In this document: positions 41,650-51,678 of the stretch, piece after piece
Position numbering within the stretch: the first letter of the stretch is position 1
How the letters are laid out: each line of letters opens with the position of its first letter
From: Clostridiales bacterium
Lineage (GTDB): Bacteria; Bacillota; Clostridia; DUPQ01
Assembly: GCA_023145435.1 (NCBI GenBank)
Contig: JAGLDS010000004.1
Span: 40,546-104,545 of the forward strand
Length of the DNA stretch: 64,000 nucleotides
Direction: 5' to 3'
Notes under the pieces: model-generated
Databases searched by the model: none
What the model was told of the DNA's origin: nothing
What the model saw: only the letters and a program-made list of their open reading frames with translations
Position numbers and translations under genes: made by a program

Positions 41650-42500
41650 TTATTTACTTTGCACAGCTCTGTTCATGATTTGAAAAATTATATTACAAGT
41701 ATCTTCAAATAAAATGTCTTTTGCATAATCAAACTCTTTTTGGTATCTTATCCAAAAATCATGCATCCTTGTACTTTTTTTTATTTTATCCACTATATCT
41801 TTATATTGTGATAGTACAACTAAACTCCCACGTTTTTTAGTTGTTTCATACAGAGCGTTTTGTAATATATTCAAATTAATTTCTAATCTATTCAATGTAT
41901 AAATATTATATATATCATAGAAATCTCTTGGTCGAGTATTAGCAATATTTCGTGACAAGACTGTTTCAAGTTTTTCAGCTAAAATAGTTTCAAGATTATA
42001 TGCTACAATCGCAATTGAATGTTCATCAAAAAGCAATTTAAAATTATACTCAATTTCGTGTGGAGTAATTATATCACCAGTAGTAATATCAACTTTAATT
42101 GGTACCTTAAGTGGTGGATAACTAGCTATTATACTAATACGAATACCCAAATAATCATCTTTTTCTCTAATATCAGTTATATTGACAATAGAAAAAGAAA
42201 CATCATCTTCTATTTCAATTTGACATATTCTTTCAAATATTACTTTTATGGACTCATGTGTAAGTTTAATTCCTTTTATAGTAGCATCAAGATCCATTGT
42301 GGCTCTACTATCAAGCCCAACAATAGAAGCAATAAGAAATCCACCTTTAAGAATAAAGTTTTTTTTGTATTTGGAAACAGAAATCCTCTCTAACAATCTT
42401 TCCATCATGTAGTTTTGCATAACAAGTTGAGCAGATATATTTTTTTCAGAGGCTTTTTCTTAATAAATGATTTTAATTGCATCGGATTTTTTGTAATCAT
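41650..42500 (-). pseudogene. abiEii: AbiEii/AbiGii-type nucleotidyltransferase toxin with 5' frameshift
   Basis: FILKGG, RATMDLD, ILAEKLE, NTRPRDFYDI. The natural start (ATG 42500, ATGA overlap with the abiEi stop) is 80 nt from the in-frame ORF at 42420, so one A is missing at 42454-42458. Confidence 0.8.
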
Positions 42501-43093
42501 AGAAGTATCTCCATATATGTGAGAATTTTAGGTTTTACACGAAGTTTTTCTGCATAATTCAAAATTTTCGCAATATCCTTATCCTTGCTTCTTGCGTAGA
42601 TTTTCATAGCCTGATTCACAATTTGTATATCAGCATTATGTTTAACCTTAACAATATCACAAAGGGTACGTTCAACATCGTATACTCTAATAAAATTCCC
42701 ACTAGGAGACAGAATTTTTACAACACCTAAATTATAATTTTCTAGGGTAGTAAGCTTGGCTATTACACTTTTTTTTCTGACATTACCTGTATTGTAACCG
42801 TTTGGAAAAGTCATAGTATATTTAATAGGTGTACGATCTGTAATATCATGCAAATATAAAGCCGTTTCATGGGAAAATATTCCCTTTGAAAAGCGGTATT
42901 GTAAAAAGTATAACTCATCTTCCCACACCTCTGGCAAGACATATATACCACGGTCACTCCTATATACAGCTCCTTCTTCCTCCATTTTACTTAGATAGTG
43001 TCTTGGTATCCCTGCCTTAGTAACTTGAGTTGCAGTAATAAAGCCTTTATTTTCTTTTATGATTTTCTGAATTATCTTAATATTTTTAGTCAT
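42497..43093 (-). CDS. abiEi: AbiEi-type type IV antitoxin
   Basis: N-terminal wHTH (RSDRGIY), FSHETALYLH, YDVERTLCDI; upstream of abiEii. Confidence 0.9.
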   Translation of the reverse strand: MTKNIKIIQKIIKENKGFITATQVTKAGIPRHYLSKMEEEGAVYRSDRGIYVLPEVWEDELYFLQYRFSKGIFSHETALYLHDITDRTPIKYTMTFPNGYNTGNVRKKSVIAKLTTLENYNLGVVKILSPSGNFIRVYDVERTLCDIVKVKHNADIQIVNQAMKIYARSKDKDIAKILNYAEKLRVKPKILTYMEILL

Positions 43094-43278
43094 ATTTGCA
43101 CCACCTTGCTTTATGTACGTTTGTGCTATTAACTATATCATATAGCAGCATTTTTGTACATTTTATTTTGTTTAATCATTACTTGCTTTTTATAGATTTC
43201 TCATCCGGTATATGTACAATTCAATTCATGTTGCACATCTCTTATCTATCTGATTTTTAGTATCTGTTGTTTCTTTTG

Positions 43279-43315
43279 TAACTGTAACACGATAAAGTTT
43301 ATCGTGTTACAGTTA
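43279..43315. repeat. Perfect 37-bp palindrome (18-bp arms)
   Basis: TAACTGTAACACGATAAA-G-TTTATCGTGTTACAGTTA. Confidence 0.95.
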
Positions 43316-43368
43316 ATGCATTATGCTTTCTTAATAATATCAAGAAGCAAATTTAAAAATACCTAATT

Positions 43369-44013
43369 TCATTTTCTATCTGCATAATCCTTTTCAATTT
43401 TCTTTTTCCAATTAGCTCTAATTACAGGATTTTTTCTATAACTTCTTATGGTTTCCCCTACTTCTGCATAGTTTAATTTAGTTCCCCTACTATCAGCATG
43501 GTAGTTAACAGCTCTATCTCTATTAATCCCAAACTTGGCAGCTGTTGCAACAGCGTCAATATTAGCTCCTAAAAACAAGAATTCCCAATTATACTTTTCT
43601 TTTTGTCGTTCTATCATATATTTAATATTTCTATGATTATACTCTCTACTAGCATTTTCCATACCATCTGTTGTTATAACAAAAAGCACATTATCTGATT
43701 TTGCTTCATCAGCTCTATATTTTTGTGCATTACCAACTGAGTCAATAGATCTACCAATTGCATCAAGTAGCGCCGTTGAACCTCTTACAAAATAATTTTC
43801 TTTTGTTAGTGGTGATATATCTTTAATGTTTGTACGATCATGTAACAGTTCATAATGATCATCAAATAAAACTGTTGTGACTAATACTTCCCCTTCTCCA
43901 TTTCTTTGTTTTTCGATCATTGAATTGAATCCACCAATGGTATCACTTTCAAGTCCTGCCATTGATCCGCTTCTGTCTAAAATAAATACTAATTCTGTTA
44001 CTTTTGTTTTCAT
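43369..44013 (-). CDS. vWA (MIDAS) domain protein
   Basis: FILDRSGSM, RGSTALLDAIG, ITTDGMENAS, FLGANIDA; start MKTK after GGAGGG. Confidence 0.9.
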   Translation of the reverse strand: MKTKVTELVFILDRSGSMAGLESDTIGGFNSMIEKQRNGEGEVLVTTVLFDDHYELLHDRTNIKDISPLTKENYFVRGSTALLDAIGRSIDSVGNAQKYRADEAKSDNVLFVITTDGMENASREYNHRNIKYMIERQKEKYNWEFLFLGANIDAVATAAKFGINRDRAVNYHADSRGTKLNYAEVGETIRSYRKNPVIRANWKKKIEKDYADRK

Positions 44014-44070
44014 AATGTTTCCCTCCATATATTTTATATATAGAGAATAGCATCTTATATAATCTAAATG

Positions 44071-44087
44071 GTCGCTTCAAAAGCGAC
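44071..44087. promoter_or_regulatory. Palindromic candidate operator between the macro-HTH and vWA genes
   Basis: GTCGCTT-CAA-AAGCGAC; GC-rich within an AT-rich spacer, no U tract. Confidence 0.55.
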
Positions 44088-44094
44088 TATTATA

Positions 44095-45117
44095 TTATAA
44101 AGTTTTCTCTTCTAAAGCATATAGGGTTTCATTTACTTCATGGATGTTAAATATTTCATTTTTTATGCAATATTCAACTATTAGATCAAATCTACTACTC
44201 CTAGATAAGATATATCCAGCAGTTTCTAATAGATCATTAGTTTCATCAAAACTTAACTGTAATGCTATTGCAAAAGCAATAGCTGTATTTTTACTTGGTT
44301 TATAAAATTTATTACTACGAATTTTAGAAAATAGTTTACGATCTTTATTAGCTCTTTTATATGTTTTAACATCATCCATTTCTTTTTCATCTATAAGTCG
44401 TAATAACCGCTCAGAAAATGTATCTTCTAGTTGTTCAACTACATCCTCTATGTTCCTTTTACTACGAGCCAATAGAATTTCAGTTATATCTTTTTTAGAT
44501 CTTCTAATTTCTTCACTATATTCTTTTTTCTCTTCATGTATATCTATATTAAGCATTTGCTTATACATTGCTTTAGATTCTTTTTCTTCAATATAATTAT
44601 CATCAATATATTTAGTTACTGAATTATATAACTTTTCGCTAATAACAAAAGAATCGCTATCATAAACTACTAAATAAACCATCATGTCATGATTTAGTAA
44701 ATAATCACCAATAGCTGATGTGGCAGCTTTTAATGCTTTATCTTTAGGGTAGCCAAATATTCCAGATGATATAAGGGGAAAAGCAATTGATTGCAAATGG
44801 TTTTTCTCTGCAAGTAACAATGAATTAGTATAGCAATTTGATAAAAGTTGTAATTCATTATTATTCCCACCATACCATACTGGACCTACAGTATGAATAA
44901 TATGTTTAGCAGGTAGTCTATATCCTCTTGTTATAACAGCTTGTCCCACTTCACAATAACCAATACCATTACATTCTACTTGTAAGTCATGTTCTCCTGC
45001 ACTATTAAAAATAGCACCGCAAACACCACCTCCCATTTGAAGTTCATTATTAGCTGCATTTACAATAGCATCAACATTTAACTTAGTAATATCATTTCTA
45101 ATGATTCCTAGTGGCAT
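44095..45117 (-). CDS. Macrodomain (ADP-ribose-binding/hydrolase) fused to C-terminal XRE-like HTH domain
   Basis: DITKL-VDAIVNAAN...GGGVCGAIF...HTVGP...PLISSGIFGYP; C-terminal FSERLLRLID...YKRANKDRKLFSKIR. Confidence 0.88.
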   Translation of the reverse strand: MPLGIIRNDITKLNVDAIVNAANNELQMGGGVCGAIFNSAGEHDLQVECNGIGYCEVGQAVITRGYRLPAKHIIHTVGPVWYGGNNNELQLLSNCYTNSLLLAEKNHLQSIAFPLISSGIFGYPKDKALKAATSAIGDYLLNHDMMVYLVVYDSDSFVISEKLYNSVTKYIDDNYIEEKESKAMYKQMLNIDIHEEKKEYSEEIRRSKKDITEILLARSKRNIEDVVEQLEDTFSERLLRLIDEKEMDDVKTYKRANKDRKLFSKIRSNKFYKPSKNTAIAFAIALQLSFDETNDLLETAGYILSRSSRFDLIVEYCIKNEIFNIHEVNETLYALEEKTL

Positions 45118-45243
45118 TTTTTTACTATCCTTTCATCTACCATTCTATCACATCCACTGTTCCAGTAAATGCCCATAACTTATGTATATTATTTTTTCTA
45201 AAATTACAATATAATATATCTATAAAATTTAAGGATGTGTCAA

Positions 45244-45591
45244 ATGGATAAAGTAACTATTTATACTTCAGCAGGTTGTGGTTATTGCCAACAGGCAAAA
45301 ATATACTTTAAAAATAACAATATAGCTTTTGTTGAGAAAAAAGCAGATGTAGATTCTATAGCTAGAAATGAATTAGCAGGTTATGGTGCTACTGGTGTTC
45401 CATTAATTATTGTAAATGGTGAAGTTATAAAAGGATTTAACAAAGCACGGCTTGATGTTTTATTAAAAAAACCAATTATTCAATGCCCTAACTGTAGAGC
45501 ATCATTACGTATACCTAAAAACAAAAATATTATTATAGTTACATGTTCTAAATGTAAAAACAAGTTTAAAGTAGATACAAATAAATTATAG
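45244..45591 (+). CDS. Glutaredoxin (NrdH/YruB-like) fused to C-terminal Zn ribbon
   Basis: CGYC, GVP, GF motifs; CPNC...CSKC tail; AAGGA RBS before ATG 45244. Confidence 0.8.
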   Translation: MDKVTIYTSAGCGYCQQAKIYFKNNNIAFVEKKADVDSIARNELAGYGATGVPLIIVNGEVIKGFNKARLDVLLKKPIIQCPNCRASLRIPKNKNIIIVTCSKCKNKFKVDTNKL

Positions 45592-45600
45592 GAGAAATTC

Positions 45601-47451
45601 ATGTTATCACAAGTACAAAATGAAGTAATAAATAGATATAGGGATAAATATAATAAGTCTTTTAATAAGTATTTTAATATGAGTAATATAAAAGATTTTG
45701 AGTTAACCAAAAAAAAATATATTAACAATCTTAGAAAAGACTTTTTAAAAGAAACTTTCGAAGAATATGATCTTAATATAAAAAAAGTATCAAAATATAA
45801 ATTTAATGAATTTAAAATAGAAAATATATTACTTAACTCCCCTCTTGGGATGCAAGTTAATATAACTGTGTTTTCCCCAATAAAAGAAGGTAAATATCCA
45901 GGTGTCTTAGAGTTAACGGGTTCAAGTCGAAAACTTAATAGACACTATTGGGCTAGTGCTCAAACAATAGCAAAAGCTGGATATGTAGTAGTTGCTTGTG
46001 ATGTAATTGGTTTCATAGGAGAACGAGCAGATAAAAATGATACATTTTATGATGCACCACTTGGATATTTAGTTGGGTATGGTCATTTAAATTCATTTTT
46101 ATCAGATATAAAAGCTTGTTTAGATTATCTAGATAAACGAGATGATGTTCTTAGTTCATTGGGATATTGCTCAACTGGAGTATCACTTGGTGGTATACTT
46201 TCAATTGAAGCTGCTATGCATGATGATAGGATTAAAATTCTAGCACCAGTATGCTGTGCCATGGATATGAATGATAAATTTGATCCATTCTTTTCAATTA
46301 ATATAATGCAATATAACAAAGATTGTATGGTTGATATAACAATGAGACTTGCTTTATGTGCTCCTAAAAAGTGTTTATTTATAGCAGGTGCAAAAGATGA
46401 AAAATTCACACCCGCTACTACTAAAAAAGTATTTAATAATGTAAAAATATCATATGACCTATATGGGAAAGAAGATTTATTTGAATTATTTATTGATCCT
46501 AAAGTAGGACATCTTTATTCAATAGATATGGCAAATGAAGTTATATACAGATTAAATAAGTTTTACAAAAACCTAGATTATAAACCAAACTATTTAGATA
46601 GTGATGTAATAGTGATTGGCGAAGAAAAAATGAAATGTTATCCAAATCATGATATAACAGTATATAGCATTATAAAAGATAGATATGAATACTTTTCAAA
46701 TAATAGAAGTGATTTAACATACAAATATTTAAAAGAAAAAGCAAGTGAAATACTAAATATAGATAAAATAAAAAAAGTAATAAAAACAAACTCAGAAAGT
46801 GAGAAAACAGTAATAACTCATATCTATGAACGATTTGATATGATATTAAATGATAAAATAAAAATACCATCAATACTAATCAAGCGAGATAACCAAAAGC
46901 GGCGAGGACTTATTGTAGTTGATGAATTTGGAATGTGGAATGAAATTAAAAAAAATGGATTAATAGCTAAGCGAGTGGGAAGTATGGTTAGAGTAAATGA
47001 TATTAATGAACCATGTGTATTATCAGTTGATATATCAACTTGTGGAGAGAATATGTTAAATTATTCTTGTACAGACGTATTAGAATGGTCAAATAATGAA
47101 ACAGCTCTTGCCTATTATAGTTTTGCACTAAATAAGCCAACACTTGGCCTTATGACTAGAGATGTTTTAGCTTCAATTAAATATATGCGTTCGCTAGAAA
47201 ATATAGATGAAAATAACATATCACTAATTGGTATAGGTAAAGGTGCAATTGCCACATTACATGCAGCTCTAATAGATGGAAATATTAAAAATCTTGAATT
47301 AATAGATATGATTGATGGGTATTATCAATTTTTTGAACAATACCCATATAAACTAAAACTTGAATATATGATTCCTGATATACTTAAGTATTATGATTTA
47401 CCAGATATTATTAATGTATTAAGAAATACTATGAATATAGTAATCAATTAA
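45601..47451 (+). CDS. Tandem alpha/beta-hydrolase (acetylxylan-esterase/DLH-like)
   Basis: GVSLGG nucleophile elbow, GAKDE and GHLY in domain 1; second domain has degenerate GIGKGA. Confidence 0.7.
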   Translation: MLSQVQNEVINRYRDKYNKSFNKYFNMSNIKDFELTKKKYINNLRKDFLKETFEEYDLNIKKVSKYKFNEFKIENILLNSPLGMQVNITVFSPIKEGKYPGVLELTGSSRKLNRHYWASAQTIAKAGYVVVACDVIGFIGERADKNDTFYDAPLGYLVGYGHLNSFLSDIKACLDYLDKRDDVLSSLGYCSTGVSLGGILSIEAAMHDDRIKILAPVCCAMDMNDKFDPFFSINIMQYNKDCMVDITMRLALCAPKKCLFIAGAKDEKFTPATTKKVFNNVKISYDLYGKEDLFELFIDPKVGHLYSIDMANEVIYRLNKFYKNLDYKPNYLDSDVIVIGEEKMKCYPNHDITVYSIIKDRYEYFSNNRSDLTYKYLKEKASEILNIDKIKKVIKTNSESEKTVITHIYERFDMILNDKIKIPSILIKRDNQKRRGLIVVDEFGMWNEIKKNGLIAKRVGSMVRVNDINEPCVLSVDISTCGENMLNYSCTDVLEWSNNETALAYYSFALNKPTLGLMTRDVLASIKYMRSLENIDENNISLIGIGKGAIATLHAALIDGNIKNLELIDMIDGYYQFFEQYPYKLKLEYMIPDILKYYDLPDIINVLRNTMNIVIN

Positions 47452-47482
47452 TTGTTAACTAATATTAATAATTATAAAAAAC

Positions 47483-48670
47483 TTAAAGTTTTTCCACCCT
47501 ATCTTTACCATTTTTCTTAGCTATATATAGAGCTTTATCTGCTTTTTCATATGCTTTTTGGAAATCATCTTTAGTATAACCTTTAAGTTGGCAAATACCA
47601 ATACTTACAGTTACCTTAATATTGTTATTTTGATTAGCGCCAAATGTGTTTTGCCTAATATTATCAAGAATCCTATTAGCCACTGGTAATATTGTTTTTA
47701 TCTCACTTTTAAACATAATTGCCATAAATTCTTCACCACCCCATCTAATGGGAATATCTGATTTTCTAATTGTATCTTTAAGGATTTTCGCAAGTTCTTT
47801 TAGTACTATATCTCCTATGGGATGACCATATGTATCATTGATGTTTTTAAAATCATCAATATCTATCATTAAAACAACACACGTTTCTTTATATCGTTTC
47901 ATATAATTAAGTTCTCGTTCTAATATCATATCTAAATATCTTCTATTGTTTAGATTTGTCAGTGTATCTATATGTGTTAGTCCCTCTAGTTTTTGATTAG
48001 CTTTTTTTAAAAGAATCCCTCTAAGAATACTGTTATGAAAATTATAATAGAAAAAGGTAGATATAACTAAAACAAATATAAAAAACACTGTACCATTAAG
48101 CAGATTAGATTTCATTAATTCTACATTAGTTTGAAAATTAATAACACCTGATACAAAAACTATATATGGAATAGAAAAACCTATTATATTTCTTGGTGGT
48201 TTTTGTAAAACAAAACTACCTACAATTATTGTGTTAACAATATATGCTGATATTGAACCAACTGATATTTGATCTAACCCACTAATAAGAGCCAAACAAA
48301 TCATTATTAATGTTGGAATTGCAAAAATAAGATTATCAAATGCTTTCACTTTCATTTCATCAGATAGTTTGCTTTTTTTTACCATATAGATAGAAATTAA
48401 ACTTATTATACTTATAAACATAATAAGTGCATGTAAAATCAAATAATAAATAGCAGTAATATTACTAGGTGCACAAACAGATAATTGTTTTAAATCATTA
48501 AAAACAATTATTAGTATTTCAAAAATAATCATAAAAACAGATATTGCACTAGCTCTTCTAATGTTAATATTATTAATCTCCATATTTAGGAGTGTAAAAC
48601 TTTTTTGGTCAAAATCCTTTGGTGGTTGTTCAATACCAATAAATGACTTTATAAGTGGTTTTAATTTCAA
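47483..48670 (-). CDS. Membrane-bound diguanylate cyclase
   Basis: TM N-terminus; DTLTNLNNRR, DIDDFK-INDTYGH, RKSD I-site, RWGGEEF. Confidence 0.93.
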   Translation of the reverse strand: MKLKPLIKSFIGIEQPPKDFDQKSFTLLNMEINNINIRRASAISVFMIIFEILIIVFNDLKQLSVCAPSNITAIYYLILHALIMFISIISLISIYMVKKSKLSDEMKVKAFDNLIFAIPTLIMICLALISGLDQISVGSISAYIVNTIIVGSFVLQKPPRNIIGFSIPYIVFVSGVINFQTNVELMKSNLLNGTVFFIFVLVISTFFYYNFHNSILRGILLKKANQKLEGLTHIDTLTNLNNRRYLDMILERELNYMKRYKETCVVLMIDIDDFKNINDTYGHPIGDIVLKELAKILKDTIRKSDIPIRWGGEEFMAIMFKSEIKTILPVANRILDNIRQNTFGANQNNNIKVTVSIGICQLKGYTKDDFQKAYEKADKALYIAKKNGKDRVEKL

Positions 48671-48743
48671 AACAAACTACCTCAATCTTGTATTAAATAT
48701 ATTATTTTTATATTTTACACCAAAACGTCAATTATATAAAGCG

Positions 48744-50891
48744 CTAATATTTGATATACATAGGGCTAGACCATGCCATATGGCCATCACTTTGTGTTAC
48801 TTTAACCCAATATGGATTCATTCCTTTTTCGATATTTTTATCTTCAAATGATAATTGTATAGAATTATTTGTTTCTTCTTTAGCAAAATCCACTTCTACT
48901 AATAGATTTACTCCTCCAGCTTGTTTTGTTATTCTACCGTTTTTAAGTTCATCAATTGACATAGTAAATGAAATTGGTAATGTGTTAAAAACAAGTTTAG
49001 TATCTTTATTATAATCAAGTTCTACTTCTATTCCATCAATATCACCTGATGTATTTGATTTAAAAGTTAGTTCTTGATTAGATAATAAATTAACACCTTC
49101 ATCTGGTTGATTAAAAGCATATGGTTTTATGTTTTTTATACTTCCATTTTTTATGGTTATATTACCATCCCAATTATTTTTTTTACCACGACTTCTAACC
49201 CTAACACCGCTCCATTGAATTTTAATAGTGTCTTTTTTAATAGGCAATGTATCAGAATATCTATATATTGTTTCTAATCCCCTCTTAATCTCTACTTCAC
49301 TAATACTATCTGTACCTGCTACAAATATATTTATTTTAGGAGGTTTATTAATACTAAATTCATCTCCCATTATTAAATCATCACATTTAACATCTAAAAC
49401 AATCCGCTCTCCTGTCGTACCATAACAATGTCTCTTTGTTAAAGCATCCCAGATTGCCGTTCTTGTAAGGTTTTTGGCATAAGCACCTGTATACCCACCT
49501 ATTACATCAAAAGACACAAATCCACCTCTTGAGGTCACTCTGGTAGGGTATGATAACCCAGGTCTGCAAGTGTGATCATCACTAGCAGCAACTACTCCTA
49601 CTTTAAGTCCCTTTTTAAGTGCATCTTCTAACATCCATTGAAATGTACCATGGTGAGAATGAATTTCCACATTGTGAATAAACTCACTATCAAAGTAATC
49701 TAGATTGCCATATCGTCCACCCACATGAGGTACTGCCATTACATCACTTCGTCCTCTAAATTCATCAAATAATTTAGATACAGGGCTTCTATCACTACCA
49801 TCACTTTTCTCCATATTTATTTGCCAATGATAGCTTCTATGTATTTTTTGATCATCATTTAAAAAATAAATATTATGATCTCCTCCAACAGGTGTTGTAC
49901 CTGACCATTCATATCCTAAGAAGGTTATATATTCATTTGGTTTATTATATTTTTTTGTTACTATATTTATATTTGCCCAAGTTTCATCTGTAACTTGAAA
50001 ATCATTTCCCTGCCATGCACAAAAATCCATTTTAGAGTAATCTTTAGCAAAGGAAAAATATAGTTCAGGTGTTCCCGTTCCAACAGTTTCTTTTGTCTGT
50101 CCGTGCATATCACCCCAATAAAGTGTATTTATATTATTGTCCTTAATACAGCAAATAGGATTACTTTTACCATTAATCTTCCTTGATTCATCACTAAGTG
50201 TAGCTGTATAAACACCTTCTTTTTTTAGTGTTAAATCACTTAAAGTACCAATTCCTTTTGTTAATACTAAACTATATCTTATATCATTTAAATCTATATT
50301 TACATTACCATTATAAGTTTTAGAAATATTTCCCCAGTTATCCATTGCACGTATAAACAAATCAAATGGTAGTCCTTTTTTTGTATATGATGGTACTACA
50401 CCTTGTAATGTATTTACAAAACCACCTTCTATTACAATTATAGGTTGTTTGTCAACATCATAAAAATTACCACTTCCAGCACAATCTACCATTACTTTAA
50501 AAATATGTTCGTACTCTGCAAATGTTTGTATTCTATAACCAAGACCTTTATCTTCGTTAGCACCAAATTGTATATATAATAAATCTCCTTTTTTAAGTGA
50601 ACCATCTATTACACGAATACTGATACAGCCTTTCCACGGTCTTATATATCTATCAGGTACATATCGTATTTTTAATGTTGCATCCACATCTCCAGATACA
50701 GTAACATATCCTGGTTTTTTACTGTCATCAAATTGTGGAATATCAGAATCACACACATCACGTCTGGCAATAATAATTTCGCCTCTATCATCTACACCAT
50801 ACTCTCCTACTTCGTAGGTTATTGTCCAATTACCAAGTGTACCTGCATTTATTTTACAAATATTAATACTTGCTTTACCAGTTCCGTACAT
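48744..50891 (-). CDS. DUF3604 / PHP-like metallohydrolase
   Basis: YWGDMHGQ, FLGYEWS, GDHNIY, AASDDH, YGTTGERI, AWSSP. Confidence 0.75.
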   Translation of the reverse strand: MYGTGKASINICKINAGTLGNWTITYEVGEYGVDDRGEIIIARRDVCDSDIPQFDDSKKPGYVTVSGDVDATLKIRYVPDRYIRPWKGCISIRVIDGSLKKGDLLYIQFGANEDKGLGYRIQTFAEYEHIFKVMVDCAGSGNFYDVDKQPIIVIEGGFVNTLQGVVPSYTKKGLPFDLFIRAMDNWGNISKTYNGNVNIDLNDIRYSLVLTKGIGTLSDLTLKKEGVYTATLSDESRKINGKSNPICCIKDNNINTLYWGDMHGQTKETVGTGTPELYFSFAKDYSKMDFCAWQGNDFQVTDETWANINIVTKKYNKPNEYITFLGYEWSGTTPVGGDHNIYFLNDDQKIHRSYHWQINMEKSDGSDRSPVSKLFDEFRGRSDVMAVPHVGGRYGNLDYFDSEFIHNVEIHSHHGTFQWMLEDALKKGLKVGVVAASDDHTCRPGLSYPTRVTSRGGFVSFDVIGGYTGAYAKNLTRTAIWDALTKRHCYGTTGERIVLDVKCDDLIMGDEFSINKPPKINIFVAGTDSISEVEIKRGLETIYRYSDTLPIKKDTIKIQWSGVRVRSRGKKNNWDGNITIKNGSIKNIKPYAFNQPDEGVNLLSNQELTFKSNTSGDIDGIEVELDYNKDTKLVFNTLPISFTMSIDELKNGRITKQAGGVNLLVEVDFAKEETNNSIQLSFEDKNIEKGMNPYWVKVTQSDGHMAWSSPMYIKY

Positions 50892-50908
50892 GTGTATTAC
50901 TCCCTTTA

Positions 50909-51661
50909 TTAAATGCTTTTATTTAACTCAATTATACCTTTTAGTGGTTCATTTATTGGAAAATATTCTAACCCCATATATCCTTTAAATTTCATTTTAT
51001 CAATTTCACTTATAATATTTAAGTAATTTAATTCTCCACTTAATAACTCATGGCGTCCTGGTATCCCCGCTCCATGAAAATGACCAATCTTATCTATGTT
51101 TTTAGTTATAGTGTCAATTATATTACCTTCTGTTATTTGTTGATGATAAACATCATATAGTACTTTAACATTAGGACTATTTACTTTACTTTCAATTAAA
51201 AATGCTTCGGTTGATCCATATAGGTAGTATCCTTCATGATCTACTAATATATTAAGTGGTTCAAATACTAATGTAATATTAGCTTTTTTTAGTATGGGTA
51301 CACATGCTTTTAATCCACTAACAATATTTCTATGTTGTTGATATCTCGATGTATTAGTTAATTCATCACCTACTTGAGTAATTAATGTATTACATCCACA
51401 CTTTTTGGCAATTACAATTGACTCTTTTAATCCTTTTATGTACTCATCTAATTTTGTATCATCAGTTAAGCTAACAAACTTAGTGCAAAAGGCTGTAATT
51501 TTCATCTTTAATTGTTTTTTTACTTTTACAATATTATCAATATCTTTATCCCACCAACTCCAAAACTCAAATGAATTTATATTATTTTCATGTAGTTCTC
51601 TCATACTAGAAACAAAATCTTTTCCGTTATATAGGGCATCAATGCAAACTGAAATTTTCAT
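50909..51661 (-). CDS. Hydroxypyruvate-isomerase-family TIM barrel
   Basis: FEFW, EPLN...DHEGYYL, LYDVYHQQITEGN, PGRHE, GLEY. Confidence 0.85.
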   Translation of the reverse strand: MKISVCIDALYNGKDFVSSMRELHENNINSFEFWSWWDKDIDNIVKVKKQLKMKITAFCTKFVSLTDDTKLDEYIKGLKESIVIAKKCGCNTLITQVGDELTNTSRYQQHRNIVSGLKACVPILKKANITLVFEPLNILVDHEGYYLYGSTEAFLIESKVNSPNVKVLYDVYHQQITEGNIIDTITKNIDKIGHFHGAGIPGRHELLSGELNYLNIISEIDKMKFKGYMGLEYFPINEPLKGIIELNKSI

Positions 51662-51678
51662 AAATCTCTCCTCACTTT

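Noticed and set aside
45137..45190. Minus-strand peptide NIHKLWAFTGTVDVIEW* just upstream of the macrodomain gene, possibly the tail of a deleted gene
   Set aside because: It is too short to identify without a database search.
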